64,000 bases of DNA from Utricularia gibba (lineage: Eukaryota; Plantae; Magnoliophyta), in NCBI GenBank assembly GCA_002189035.1, contig CM007992.1:3038001-3102000 (forward strand), given 5' to 3'. A program made the position numbers and the translations under genes. The notes beneath the pieces were generated by a model, which saw only the letters and a program-made list of their open reading frames with translations, did no database searches and was not told where the DNA came from. Shown here piece after piece: positions 1 to 11,898 of this stretch (the first letter of the stretch is position 1; each line of letters starts with the position of its first letter).

Positions 1-930
1 TACACATATTGCATAGGCAACCATTGCAATTTTAACCATAGGTTTGCCATTCAATTTCCTCTTTTTACCAAAAATGGTTGAGAAAATTGGCATATTTTAA
101 CACTTTGTTTATGTATTTAAATTTAAAAAGCAAATAAATACAAATTACAACAAGCTGAAGGCAGGTGATGACATCTCCATTGACATGTCGCAACATGGAA
201 CATGCCCATAAACACACACAGCCCATGCCAAAAATTGAAAGCACAAAATAAACTAATCATTTTGGCCACCTGTGAGCTGTCCTCCGCCACCGCATCATGG
301 GGCCTACCAAAAATAATCAATATTTAAATTACCTCACATAAATAAAATATAATTAATATTCAGTTTTCCCTAATGAAAAAAAAAACCACGTGTCCCCGTG
401 GACCTTGAGACAGTGATTCGTGAATGTCCATCCGTTTCGTTTCACGGGTAAAGAAATTTACCACAAAGTCCAACCACGGGGTGCCACGTTTTCCCATGTG
501 AAATGACAATACTGCCCTCGCATTATAACCGGCTGCATACTTGGGTGGTCGTGTTACAGAGCAGCGGCCACAAATGGAGGTGGATCGATTCTCAAGGAGG
601 CGGCCTGTTGGTAAATAGGAGTGGGGGTGAGGGTAAAATGGGAAGAGTGGAATATGAAGGAAAAAAAAGCAACCTTTCCACAGTGAGAAGTAAGCTATGT
701 TTTAAAATTCAAACAGTGGAATGGATAATATTATGGTGGAGTGTTTCCGGAACTGCCCCTGCTTTCACTCCTGAAAAAGCCACCTCCACCTCACCTTCAA
801 TACAGATGGATAGATACACACACTCCTCCTCTCTCCCCAGTAGGAAATTCTCTTTGTGGTTGCTGGGATAGGTGTTTTTTTTCTTCTCTCCTCTTGGTGT
901 GGGAGTGTGAGGAAAAAGGTGTGTGTTTTG

Positions 931-1982
931 ATGGAGTATTTCGTTTCCGATTACTCTGAGTTTTCATCGGGTGACAATAAGAACAACAATGCGGGTACCC
1001 ATTTCACTATGGATGATCTGCTTGATTTTTCCAAGGAAGAAGAGACGATTACCGACGCGGATGCGTTTCTGGTGAATTCTGGTGATTTTTCCACTCTTAA
1101 TCCTGTTGAGAGTTGCAATTCGTCGGTTTCCGGTGGCCCTGAGCCTCCGCATTGCGACGGGAAAATCGCTTGCCAGAGCTCTGTCACCGATTCCTCATCC
1201 CAATTTCCTGGGAACGACCTCTGCGTTCCGGTAATTTTTTTGTTTTTTGAATTTTTTTGGGGTTGTTGAGTTTGGGTTTGATTGTTTAAAATGTGTAAAA
1301 TTAGTACGAGGATTTAGCGGAGCTGGAATGGCTGTCGAATTTCGTGGAAGAATCCTTCTCAAACGAGGACCTTGGCTGTTTAATTCCGGCGACGGCGAGC
1401 GACACGTCATCCTCCATCACCGGCATTCCGGTGCCAGTGCAGGCATCGACGCCGATGCCGGCCACGTTTCCGTCGGAAGTGTCGGTGCCAGGGAAAGCCC
1501 GTAGCAAGCGGCCACGCGCGACGCCCTGCGACTGGTCCTCACGCGTACTCCATGTGGCGGCGGCGAAGAAACATGACTCCGGTGGCAACGGCGCACCGGA
1601 AACACCCCACACCGCCCGAAAATGCCTCCACTGCGCGTCGGAGAAGACTCCCCAGTGGAGAACGGGGCCAATGGGCCCGAAAACCCTGTGCAACGCGTGC
1701 GGCGTGCGCTACAAATCAGGGCGACTGGTGCCGGAGTATCGCCCCGCGGCCAGCCCCACATTCGTCTCCAACAAGCACTCCAACTCCCACCGGAAGGTGC
1801 TGGAGCTCCGGCGCCAGAAGGAGCAGCAACGGCAACAAGCAATGGGTCGTGTCTCCATATTCAACGGTTGCGATGATTTCATGATTCATCACCACTCTCA
1901 ACGCCCAGGATTCAAGGCACATGATGTAGGCCACTTTGACGAACCCGCTCCATACCCAATCGGCGGCGCCGCGCTCTTCTAA
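931..1982 (+). CDS. GATA: GATA transcription factor, class A (GATA8/9-like), 2 exons (931-1230, 1305-1982)
   Basis: GT at 1231 and AG at 1303-1304 join ...DLCVP to [19 protein letters not shown]. Contains the PGKARSKR motif and the zinc finger CLHC-x18-CNAC followed by [21 protein letters not shown]. Confidence 0.95.
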
Positions 1983-2207
1983 ACTCACCGGCGCAGCCTC
2001 GCCCCATTGCTCACTCACTCCACTACACTCCTGAGAGCGAGAGCCACATTCCAAATTCCAATTTTTTTCATGTAAAACCTGCATCTGAATTCCATCATTC
2101 TGCCCGAGTTCACTTGTTATTTTTATTAGAACAAGTATATAAGATTATAAATTATTAATAATCATTTAGATTTAATCTTTTTAAATATTATATATATTTA
2201 TTTCTTA

Positions 2208-2952
2208 GAAAAAATTTCAAATTTTCCATTAATATTTGTTATGAAATTTATTTTTGACATCAAACTTTTACGATTTCATTTTTTTCCATTAAACATGTAT
2301 ACATCGTTTTATTTTTATCATTATACTATAAATCGATTTAAAAATATTGAAAAATTGATTCAAACTAATTTAGATTGGTTCATATAGTAAATTCACAAGA
2401 CAATACATTCAAAAATAACAAAACCATTCATGGACGATAAAATTATATATTCATGAACAATAAAGTACTACATCAGCAAAAAAACAAAGTCTAATAAACT
2501 TATCTCTAGTTAATGTAGATAAAATAGAGTTATGTAATTTATGTGTTTGTGAATAGAGAATTATATTATTTCTGTGTTTGTGGGTTATCTTTTGAATTTT
2601 TTTTGTATCTTTCTATAACTAAGCATAAGTATGAAGAAATTTAATTAGAGATAAGTTTATTAGACTTTCTAATTTTGATGGTATAGTACTTTATTGTTCA
2701 TGAATGTATGTTTTTGTTATTAATGAATGTATGATTTTATTGTTTTTAATGAATATATTGTCTTATGAGTTCACTATATGTACTAGTTTAAATCGGTTCA
2801 AACTGATTTTTTAATATTTTTAAATCGGTTTAGAGTGTAATAACACAAATGAAACGATTTATATATATATTTAATGGTAAAAATGAAATCGTGAAAGTTT
2901 GATGTTAAAAATGAATTTTAGAGCAAACATTAATGATAAATTCAAAATTTTC
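2208..2952. mobile_element. Foldback / Mutator-like non-autonomous element with long degenerate terminal inverted repeats (about 300 bp arms)
   Basis: Nested inverted matches: gacatcaaactttttacgatttcatt (~2256-2281) vs aatgaaatcgtgaaagtttgatgtt (~2883-2907); catatagtaaattcacaagacaata (~2381-2405) vs tattgtcttatgagttcactatatg (~2756-2780); aaagtctaataaacttatctcta (~2486-2508) vs tagagataagtttattagacttt (~2646-2668). No ORF. TSD not convincingly recovered. Confidence 0.8.
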
Positions 2953-5900
2953 TATTCTTTCTTATATAGTTGGACTTCAATTATAGACGTCCGTCCGTCT
3001 GGTGTGAAACCCGCCCATGGGATTTGAATTGGGAGACGAGGCGCAAGTGGGCGGCAAGCCATGGGAGAATGGGTGGAAAGCTTTAATCCCAGGGCCCAGT
3101 CCTTCTTCACTCTACGGGACACATGATGCACATGGGAGCCTTCTTCTCAATTCCACTGTTTAATCATGAATACCAGCCATTCATCGCCTTCGCCACCCCT
3201 CCTTTTTTATTTACTCTAACCATTTGATGTCCTAGTAATAGAGTAATGTGTCGTGTTTCCAATATCTCGTCTTGGCATAGCTACTACTTTATCTAATGAA
3301 TAAAAAGTTGTATTTCATGGCTTAGTAATTAGCCTTGGCATGAGTTGCACTTGCAGAGTTACTAGTCAATCAATGAGTTAGCATAAAAAATATAACTTGT
3401 GGAGTCATAGGTTAGATATGTGAACTTAATTCATATCACGAATTGACGTGAGTTGAATATTTGAGATGCAATCATCCCATTTACTTTAACCATCTTTTTA
3501 TCCTAGCTTGCAAAGGAAATAACATAAAGATTCATATAGTAACATGTGTGTTCTAATCAGTGTTTATCATAATTTACAAAAAAAATAAAATAATGACACA
3601 CAATGACATCACATGTACTTTAAGCTGGTGATTGTCATAACTTATGAAGAATAACATCTTATTTATATTAACTTATGTTTGTTATATATATGTATATTTA
3701 AAAAATATAAATTGACTCGAATCAAACTTAGGTAAAAAATATCTTATTTGACTCCTACTTGTTGAAAATACAAATACAAGTTACCTATACTCATTTGCAT
3801 ATGAATTAACATGCGAGTTACTTGAGTCAACTCATATTCGTGCCTAAGATAACTAGTAATAGTGAATGCCGTGTTAGCTATATTGCAACTTTAATTAGTT
3901 TGATATCAACTAATAATATATTGAATGTTAGATCGATATCATCATCTAGTAATGAATCCAGATTAGAAGATAAAATAAAAAAGAGGTAAATTGTGGTGTT
4001 GTATGTATGAATACTTATTTTGAGACATTTCTCCAATTCTTGTCATCTAATCCTCTTCACCTTTTTCACACAATGTTTTTAACTAATCAAAACTAAATTT
4101 TTTTCTGCACTTTTAACACACTATGTCAAAAATATTATTAATGATTACTAAATCATAGTCCAACAAAAAAAAATTATATGAATTTACTATTGGCCCATTT
4201 CAAACTAGGCCCAATAAGCATAGAAAAATTATTTTATAAGATTTTGATAGGGGTGAAAATTTGATAAATGAATTACATAATCCAATCTATCCATTCAAGT
4301 GGATTGTATATAGATTATATCATTTGTTGTTTGAATTGGATTAAATGATATGATTTAAATTGATTTTGAAGTAATAGATGTGAACCCAATCTATTCTTTT
4401 TTTTTTTTTATCTATTTATGTTTTGATTACATGATATATAGATAATCATTCATTATTATAACAAATAATTATACAAAATTTTTATTAAAATAATAAAATA
4501 CAAAACATCAAATTAACTATTATTAATATTCATTTTTCACTACATCGGTAATAATAATCAAAATAAAAAATCTATAAATATAATAATTACTGTATGACAG
4601 GATGCAAAATTGTTTTTTATATTTCATAGTTAATAAGAAATTAGATTAATTAGGTTCAAATATTAAGCAATTAAATAATTTGTACCCAACATATGTTTGG
4701 TTGTAGCATTTTTATTATTATGCCAAGGCAGCATATAAAAACTAAATGTTAAGGAATTAATATTTTATTGTTTCACTAATTATGTTTTTTTTTAATAATT
4801 TTATTAAAACTATTCGACCGTGAACGTTATTGTCATATGTATTAAAACTAATAATTCAAAAAATCGAGATTTATATTGCAAATGTTTCTTTCTAGAATAT
4901 TATGATTAGAAAACGACCATTCATATAGATTTATTTTAAAATATTATATAAAATAGTTGAAATATTTCCAAAAAAACAACATTAATTTAAAAAATCAATA
5001 AATATACAAAGACTCCAAATTGAAGTTTCCATCATTTCCTCTATTTTTCTTCCTAATTTTTTTAAGTGATATTTTCCAACTCAATTTTAGAAAGTTGATT
5101 TTTTTAATTAAATTTCGTTTTTTCATTTTCAATTTCCTATGTGGGTAACAAAATCTAATTTGGTCCAACTTAACATGCTCGAGTAGACTTAATAAAACTA
5201 TATATATCTAGTCAATACATATATGTCCTAATCATTGCTGTTAAAATGGAAAAACGAAACATGTAACAAATCCCACATAGGTAACATACTGGGAAAGAGG
5301 AAAAGATCAAGTAAAATGACAACGCGAATTTTATACCAGCCTTTTTTACGAACATAAAGGAGGATCTTTGATGGAAACTTCAAAATTAAATATGTTTGAT
5401 TTGAAATAATTTCAGAAAAGGTAATCATCTGGGAAACTTCTTATCAAATATGAAAAAAAAAACATAGAATCATAAAAATCGTACATCTGAACCGCACAAT
5501 ATGATATAACGGAAGCGTCTATCACGACAAATAGACAAACTTATTTTCCATCACTTTAGTCTTGTGTACCGAAAGCAACTCAATCTGATTTCTTGTTGGA
5601 ATGATTTTTTTTTTTAAAAGATAATGTTGTACTTTATCATAAAAAATAAATTAGAAATCTGATTCATGTTATTTAAAATAAAATAAAATAAAAATTTATT
5701 TAAGACAAATGGAGCAGTTAATGCTCCATTGTTTCCATGGAAGGGGGTGGTGATGGGTATGGGTGAAGGGGCACAGCAACAACATGTTGGACCCCAAGCT
5801 TCCATCAATCATAATTTTCACAAATAGACGCATCATTTCTATTAAATTAGAAGCCTTATTTCTATTTTCTTAATTCATTTTAATTATATTTTTCAAAATG

Positions 5901-6299
5901 ATGACTCAAAGACATTTATTCCGTGATTTTTTTCATTTCTAATAAAAATATGAAATGATTGAAGAACATGAGTGCATTATTTTGGGGGCAGCTTAAAATA
6001 TTGGATAAATAAAGAATATCCGGTTCATTACCACAACCCTAAGTAGTAATTATTTTGATTATAATCCAGAGGGAGGGAGGCGGCCATTTATTTATTTTTT
6101 AAATAATGTGATTGCTGCCCACCAAACCCGGCCCGTGATGGGTTTATTTCCGCACCACATATTTTTCTAGAAATTCATAATTACTCCCAAATCCGAGTCA
6201 TAATTTCTTAAATTGACCCCAAGCTGCCTCGGTGAATGAGGCAACGTTTGTAATCCACTTCAATTCTATTAAATTCAATTTTATTTTCATCAAATTGAT

Positions 6300-6720
6300 T
6301 CTATCTTTGCAATATGTATCGGATTCTCTTTTATAAGAATTTATTTTTGCGAATCAATTCAATTTCTTTAAAAACATGTATGTGTAGGTTCTCATACATA
6401 ATTATTTTATATAAATTGATTTTAATAAATAAAATTAATATCATTCTCATTTATTAGTATAGAATTATAATTAATATTATATTTAAATTAAATATTAATT
6501 GGATAATATTAGTTGAGATTTTGATAAATATTGATATTATATAATATGTTTTATTAAATAAATTTATAAAATATGATCATTAATTTATTTATAAAAATAA
6601 CCTCTTATTTTTTTCACTCCAAATATTAATAAATTCTATAATAATCGTATTTTAAAATAATTATAAACGTATATCAATTCTCATTTTATTATAATTTTAA
6701 ATTATATTAAATGATTTTTT
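6300..6720 (+). repeat. AT-rich dispersed repeat (MITE-like), copy 1; copy 2 at ~33170-33620
   Basis: Collinear shared blocks in both copies: ttctcatac...aattgattttaataaataaa; gataaatattgatattatataat...tttataaaatatga; tccaaatattaat. Confidence 0.7.
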
Positions 6721-8062
6721 AGAATGCTGCCTGAATTTCCGGTCTTTATATTGTTATATATTAATCATTTTGTAAATTATATTAGAAGGTTGATGAAATA
6801 AGTAGGAGGCAATCAATCCATCCCTTTCTCAGGGTCATTGTCTTGTGAAAGGGGCGAGTGCGTGTCAGCGTATGACCGCATGATTATTTTCATACTATGG
6901 GAGCATGGTGACACCATACCCACTTTTTAACACACGCACTCAGGAGTAAAACAAAATTCTAATTTTTTATTATCAAAATAAAAAAAAATTAATTCATACT
7001 TTTTATTTATCTTAAAAATAACACATGAATGCAAAATAAATCATTTTATTCAATCTAATTTCTTATTCTCGCCTCTTATAGGATGTTATCCAAATTAAAT
7101 ATTTAAATTTCATAGTTTTATGTTTTTTTTCATCTTTAGTCAATAACTTGCTAGATAGTCACTCATTTTTAATTTTGAAGATACTACCAATAAAGCTTTG
7201 TCATCTTCTAGAAAAGGTCTTGTTCAAAACTTTGGCAGTTATTCTATATAATTTCTTCATCTAATTCATTCTTAATCAAAGTGGAATTCGTCTAACATAG
7301 TTATGCCACCCTTCCTTGGATCTGCTATTTTTTCATATATTTGAATTCCATTTCTTTAAAGTTATTCCCCAATTTTTCAATATGAATGGTTATTTATATA
7401 ATTATTTTTATTCTAGTTCACATTCTTATTTTACGAAAAAGTATTTTGATAATTTGTACTGTACCAAGATGTTTTTTTTACTGATTCTATGTGGGATTGT
7501 GTTTTCCGTAATGAACAAAAAATTAAGATTTAAAATGATTATTTTTTTCGACATATATATCATGTGATGATTATTTTTCTAAAAGCCAATAGATAATAAA
7601 GAGCTTGGTTTAAAAAATTGAGGGTCGATAAAAAATCAAGTGGACTACAAAGCTAGACGTCACTTTTGAGGGCCTCAAATAAAACTCTTTCCTTTCATAT
7701 TATTATTATTATTTAAAATATTATTGTTGCACGTTTTTACATTTTCTAAAATATTAAATTCAACTTCCCCCAAAAACGACATACCAACTGTCGTTTTGAA
7801 ACATTTGTTTTTTATTTTCTTGGTGCAAAAGATTTAATTAGGAAGCCAAATTTCTAGGGGCCCGAAATAAAAATAAGAAAAAAATAGGCCCCTATTATAA
7901 AATGCCTATTTCAGAATAAACAATTCCAATTAGTCTCAATAATTGATTTCATCGGAAATTAATTGTTATATATATATTTGGTATCATCATTCATTTTACT
8001 TGCACTGCGTTGCCCCCACTCGGCATCCTTTTCCTTTGGCTAATCGTTCTGAATTATTGGAA

Positions 8063-8673
8063 ATGGGCGACGACCGGCCAGTCGAGAGGCGGGGGAAGAA
8101 GAGGGCGAGGGATCGGGGAACCAAGCATCCCGTCTACAGAGGCGTCCGTATGCGTAGCTGGGGGAAATGGGTGTCGGAAATCCGGCAGCCCAGGAAGAAA
8201 ACGCGCATTTGGCTGGGGACGTATTCCACGGCGGAGATGGCGGCGCGTGCTCATGACGTGGCGGCGCTGAGCATCAAGGGAAGCGCCGCGGTTCTCAACT
8301 TCCCCCATCTCAGAGGGACGCTGCCTCTCCCGAGTCTCAATCGCCGAGTGATGTCCAGGCCGCGGCGGCGAAGGCGGCGGCGATGGAGGAGATTCGTGCT
8401 TCGCCGAATTGCTCCTCGTCGCCGGAGAATTCTGGGCCGGCCTCCTGTGAGGAAGACAACGAGGAGCTGGGGGAGATCATTGAGCTCCCCAGTTTGGAGG
8501 GGAATGATGAGTTGAGAGGTGAGTTCCCTGCGGCTGATCCGATGGAGGGTTGGCTCCAGCCGCCGTGGTGCGCGGCGGATAAAGACCTCTGGGAGTACTT
8601 CCCCGATCAAGTGGGCGCCGGCGGAGGGCTGCCGATCACATGCAGCTTCTTGATGACGAATTTGGCCGGATGA
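8063..8673 (+). CDS. DREB subfamily A-4 (TINY-like) AP2/ERF transcription factor, intronless, with an apparent 1-nt deletion at ~8321-8341
   Basis: AP2 domain [49 protein letters not shown]. The family motif [16 protein letters not shown] and the acidic tail ([15 protein letters not shown]) are in the -1 frame ending at 8673. Confidence 0.88.
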
Positions 8674-10317
8674 ATAACGAAGTAAGTCCCCTCCTGCGGT
8701 GTGCCTTGTGCTTTTCTTCTTGTACGTTCCGTTTGAGCATCTTGAAAAGTCAGATTTTAAACCGAATTACACCATTTCTCTCTGTAAAATACATATTTTA
8801 ATCATAAAATCTACATGTAATTCGAGTTAAAGTCTGATTTTTATAGTGCTACTGAACCTTGTGTTATTTTCATTTTTCAATTCCAATAAAAATATAATTA
8901 ATTATTAAAAACACACATTTAATTTTGGCATTTTCAATTGAAATTATTAGATTTTTAAAATATACCTAAAAAAAATTGATATGCTCAGAACGCATTAACC
9001 AACGCTTCTCTGGCGGATAAGATATTTGTAGACAACGCGGTGATCGGGTCGTTTATTTTCTATTTTTTTCCCTTGGTGGGCCCAGAGTAAGTTGCAGCCG
9101 TACAAGAACACCAATTTTTTTTTTCTGATTTAAAGGTTTGTTATGCAATTTGAATAAATTTTAAGATTTCGAAATAGAATAAATTTGATATTGTAAAACT
9201 GTTTTATAAAATAACATAAAATTATATAATAAAATCTAGTAAAATAAAATATATATTATAAAGTTTAATATGAACTCTTAAAAAATTAAATAAAATCATT
9301 TTAACAAATTATGAAAACAGAACAAATTCGTAATAACCGAATTATCACAAACGCCATTCGATGGTAAAAAAATAATAATAAAAAAAATGAAAATAATACT
9401 ATGATATGCCCGTACAATAATCGCATTGATCAGGAGACAATTTCTTACACCTAACACGCGTTTGCTTGTGGCTTGGCAACGGGGGCCTCCCTTTGTTCCA
9501 CCGGAGCTCAATCAATCGTTCTCACCATCTCAGCTGGCCGGCACTCGCTCTGCGCAATGTCCGTTTTACCCTTCTATTTATTTTTATTTTTATTTTTTTG
9601 AACAAAAATGTGTTTTTATGATGATAATTATTTAAATACGATGTGATTTCAGTATTTCATTATATAAATGATAAAAATGCTATCTTTACACATTATTAAT
9701 ATTTTAAAATTTTAATATTATTTTCATTAGGTGTCATTAATATTTTAGTATCAAATAACGGAAAGTAATGTTATTTTCTATCAAATTTCTGAATGCTCTT
9801 TAAAATAATTAATTGGAAAATCCTCGAGAATATTGCTACCCTTTTCTACTAGAAACACGAAAATCCTAGGGGAGTAGGGGCCAAATATGAATATTGGAAA
9901 CATTGGGGGTGCAATTCCAAAAACAATTTATACAAGAAATTCATAGTAGAGGGGCAATGAATCACGTGTCATAATGCGGTGGGAAGTCAGTTGGATGGGA
10001 TGGCGGCATTATCAACGACTAACTACCTAATTAACAGATCAATCAGTAGAACAATTATACAAATTCCTATGCGATCCCTCGTGTAATCATCTAACAATCT
10101 TGAATTTTTATTGTATTTTACAAATGTATACAAAAATATGATATTTTTCTGAAATCAAACTAGAAGTCAATATTTTCCCATAATGGGCTTAGACACGCAT
10201 AATCATCCTCTAATGAGTTGCTACGTGGGAGGGGAATAGCTTCTGATTCTGTGAGTAATGGTCCGCCCGACTCTGTGAAAACAATGAACATATATATATA
10301 TCAGTTGTGATTAATGA

Positions 10318-11434
10318 TTATAAAAAGTATACTTGAAAAATGGAAAATTGATTACCATTCATAAGAGTATCGATGTACTCGAGTGTATAAAGATTTTGAT
10401 CCTGATGCGTAGCCTCGAATGTATTGGCAGTAGACTGAGAATGCTGTTCTTCGTGCAAACAGGTGAAATCCATAATAGGATTCTGCGCCACAGGTGGTGC
10501 TGCATGCTGCTGCACAGCCGGGGTTGTAATAACACACGGTTCAGGTTGGGAGCATGGAGGAGGAGCTGAAGAATTGGGCTGCTGCTCAATAAATGTGGAA
10601 CCGTTTCCACCAAGCACTCTCTTTTTCTGCACCCGTTTTGCAGTCATATGCTTCCGGTATTTCTGAAAATGAGATCATAGAACAACACAATTAAAAAAAA
10701 AGAATGAATGCAGATGATCGAAAATCAGGGTTTTCATCCTCAAAACATGCAGTACCTGTAGATGGCTCGCTACATGTTCTCGTGTTAGTCCGGGCACGTT
10801 CATCTCCACCAGAATTTTCTTGGGTGAAGCATCTGAAAACCCAAAAAATTGTGTCATCCTTCCGATAAAAAATTCTTAAACCCTAAACCCTTTACGGAAA
10901 TATTTTCTTACTTTCCAACCCTATTTTGTTGACCGCATTCAGGAAGATTTCATGGAGTTTAGCGTCCCAGCTAATCCTTGGCTTCTTCGAGGTTTCACCC
11001 ACATGCATGTTGTGGGCTCCTCCTCTGCTAGATGGGGGCGTTCCATCCGTTTGCATTGGTATCGGGACGGCTTGTTCAGCAACCCCCCGCCCCCGGAATA
11101 CATCTTGACGACCAAGCTCACCACTTTCAACATGCAGTACAAATTCATGCCGTCGGGGAGGCAAATGCAAGCGACTTTTCTGGTTCCCTTCGAAACGGAG
11201 ACCACTGCGTTAACATAAAAATCACGATTTAGCGCCATGATTCACAACGTCGAACGGGAAAATCACCAAGGGAGGAACACGATGCCTACTGATTGCAACC
11301 ACAGGAGTCGTCAAGACCGGATTCCTGATCAAATGCACACCGTAATCATCGCAGGTGAAAAAATCCAGCCTCCCTCGAAACATTTCGAACGTCTCGGACG
11401 TCAACGTGCATAAGGAAAGAGCGGGAGAATCCAT
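10318..11434 (-). CDS. Divergent type-B response-regulator-like GARP (Myb-like) transcription factor with a truncated pseudo-receiver; 4 exons (11434-11290, 11204-10912, 10832-10756, 10662-10318); apparent 1-nt deletion in exon 2
   Basis: GARP motif KKPRISWDAKLHEIFLNAVNKIGLE|NASPKKILVEMNVPGLTREHVASHLQ|KYRK with GT-AG junctions and a 77-nt middle exon. Upstream exons resemble the C-terminal half of a receiver domain (ALSL..DDYGVHLI..TPVVAI|MVSVSKGTRKVACICL). Confidence 0.72.
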
Positions 11435-11441
11435 GAGAACC

Positions 11442-11483
11442 GAGAAGTGAGAAGTGAAAAGTGAGAAGTGAGAAGTGAAAAGT
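11442..11483. repeat. Short tandem repeat (GAGAAGT/GAAAAGT 7-mers) just upstream of the GARP gene ATG
   Basis: gagaagtgagaagtgaaaagtgagaagtgagaagtgaaaagt read directly; pyrimidine-rich on the gene's sense strand. Confidence 0.85.
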
Positions 11484-11898
11484 GATGATTATAGAGAGTG
11501 ATATGGATATATATATTTATTTATTTCGTTATATTATGTTAAAATTTTTTGTAATGGGCCGACGGAAACCCATAGTACAAATTGGGCTCGTGGAAAACCC
11601 ATTATGAATTAGGGCTTTGGCATCCGTTATTCGATTGAGTGAAGCTACACCTATGGAGCATGAAACTGAGCTGAGAAGGCTTCGCCTTTATCCCCTGTAT
11701 GGATCAGAAAGGATGGTTCCTGCTCTGCCCTCAATCCATTTTCGTTCGATTCCTTCGAAAGCCGGCGTTGAAACAGCATTCAAATTCACAATGCTTACTT
11801 AAAAACAAGACTAGTTGCACTACAGAGAATCCTTAGCGGAAAAAACAGAGTGACAAATATGTATCCTCGTGGGGTTCTGAAATCTGCAACGCAGCATC

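Noticed and set aside
3321-3345. tagccttggcatgagttgc loosely resembles miR169
   Set aside because: Several mismatches plus an indel, and no complementary star arm forming a hairpin nearby.
5270-5280. ATCCCACATAG resembles the plant snRNA upstream sequence element (RTCCCACATCG)
   Set aside because: One mismatch, no well-spaced TATA, and the downstream sequence does not match any U snRNA 5' end I know.
10878-10892. AAACCCTAAACCC telomere-like repeat
   Set aside because: Fewer than two full units inside an intron; a common telo-box-like motif, not an interstitial telomere.
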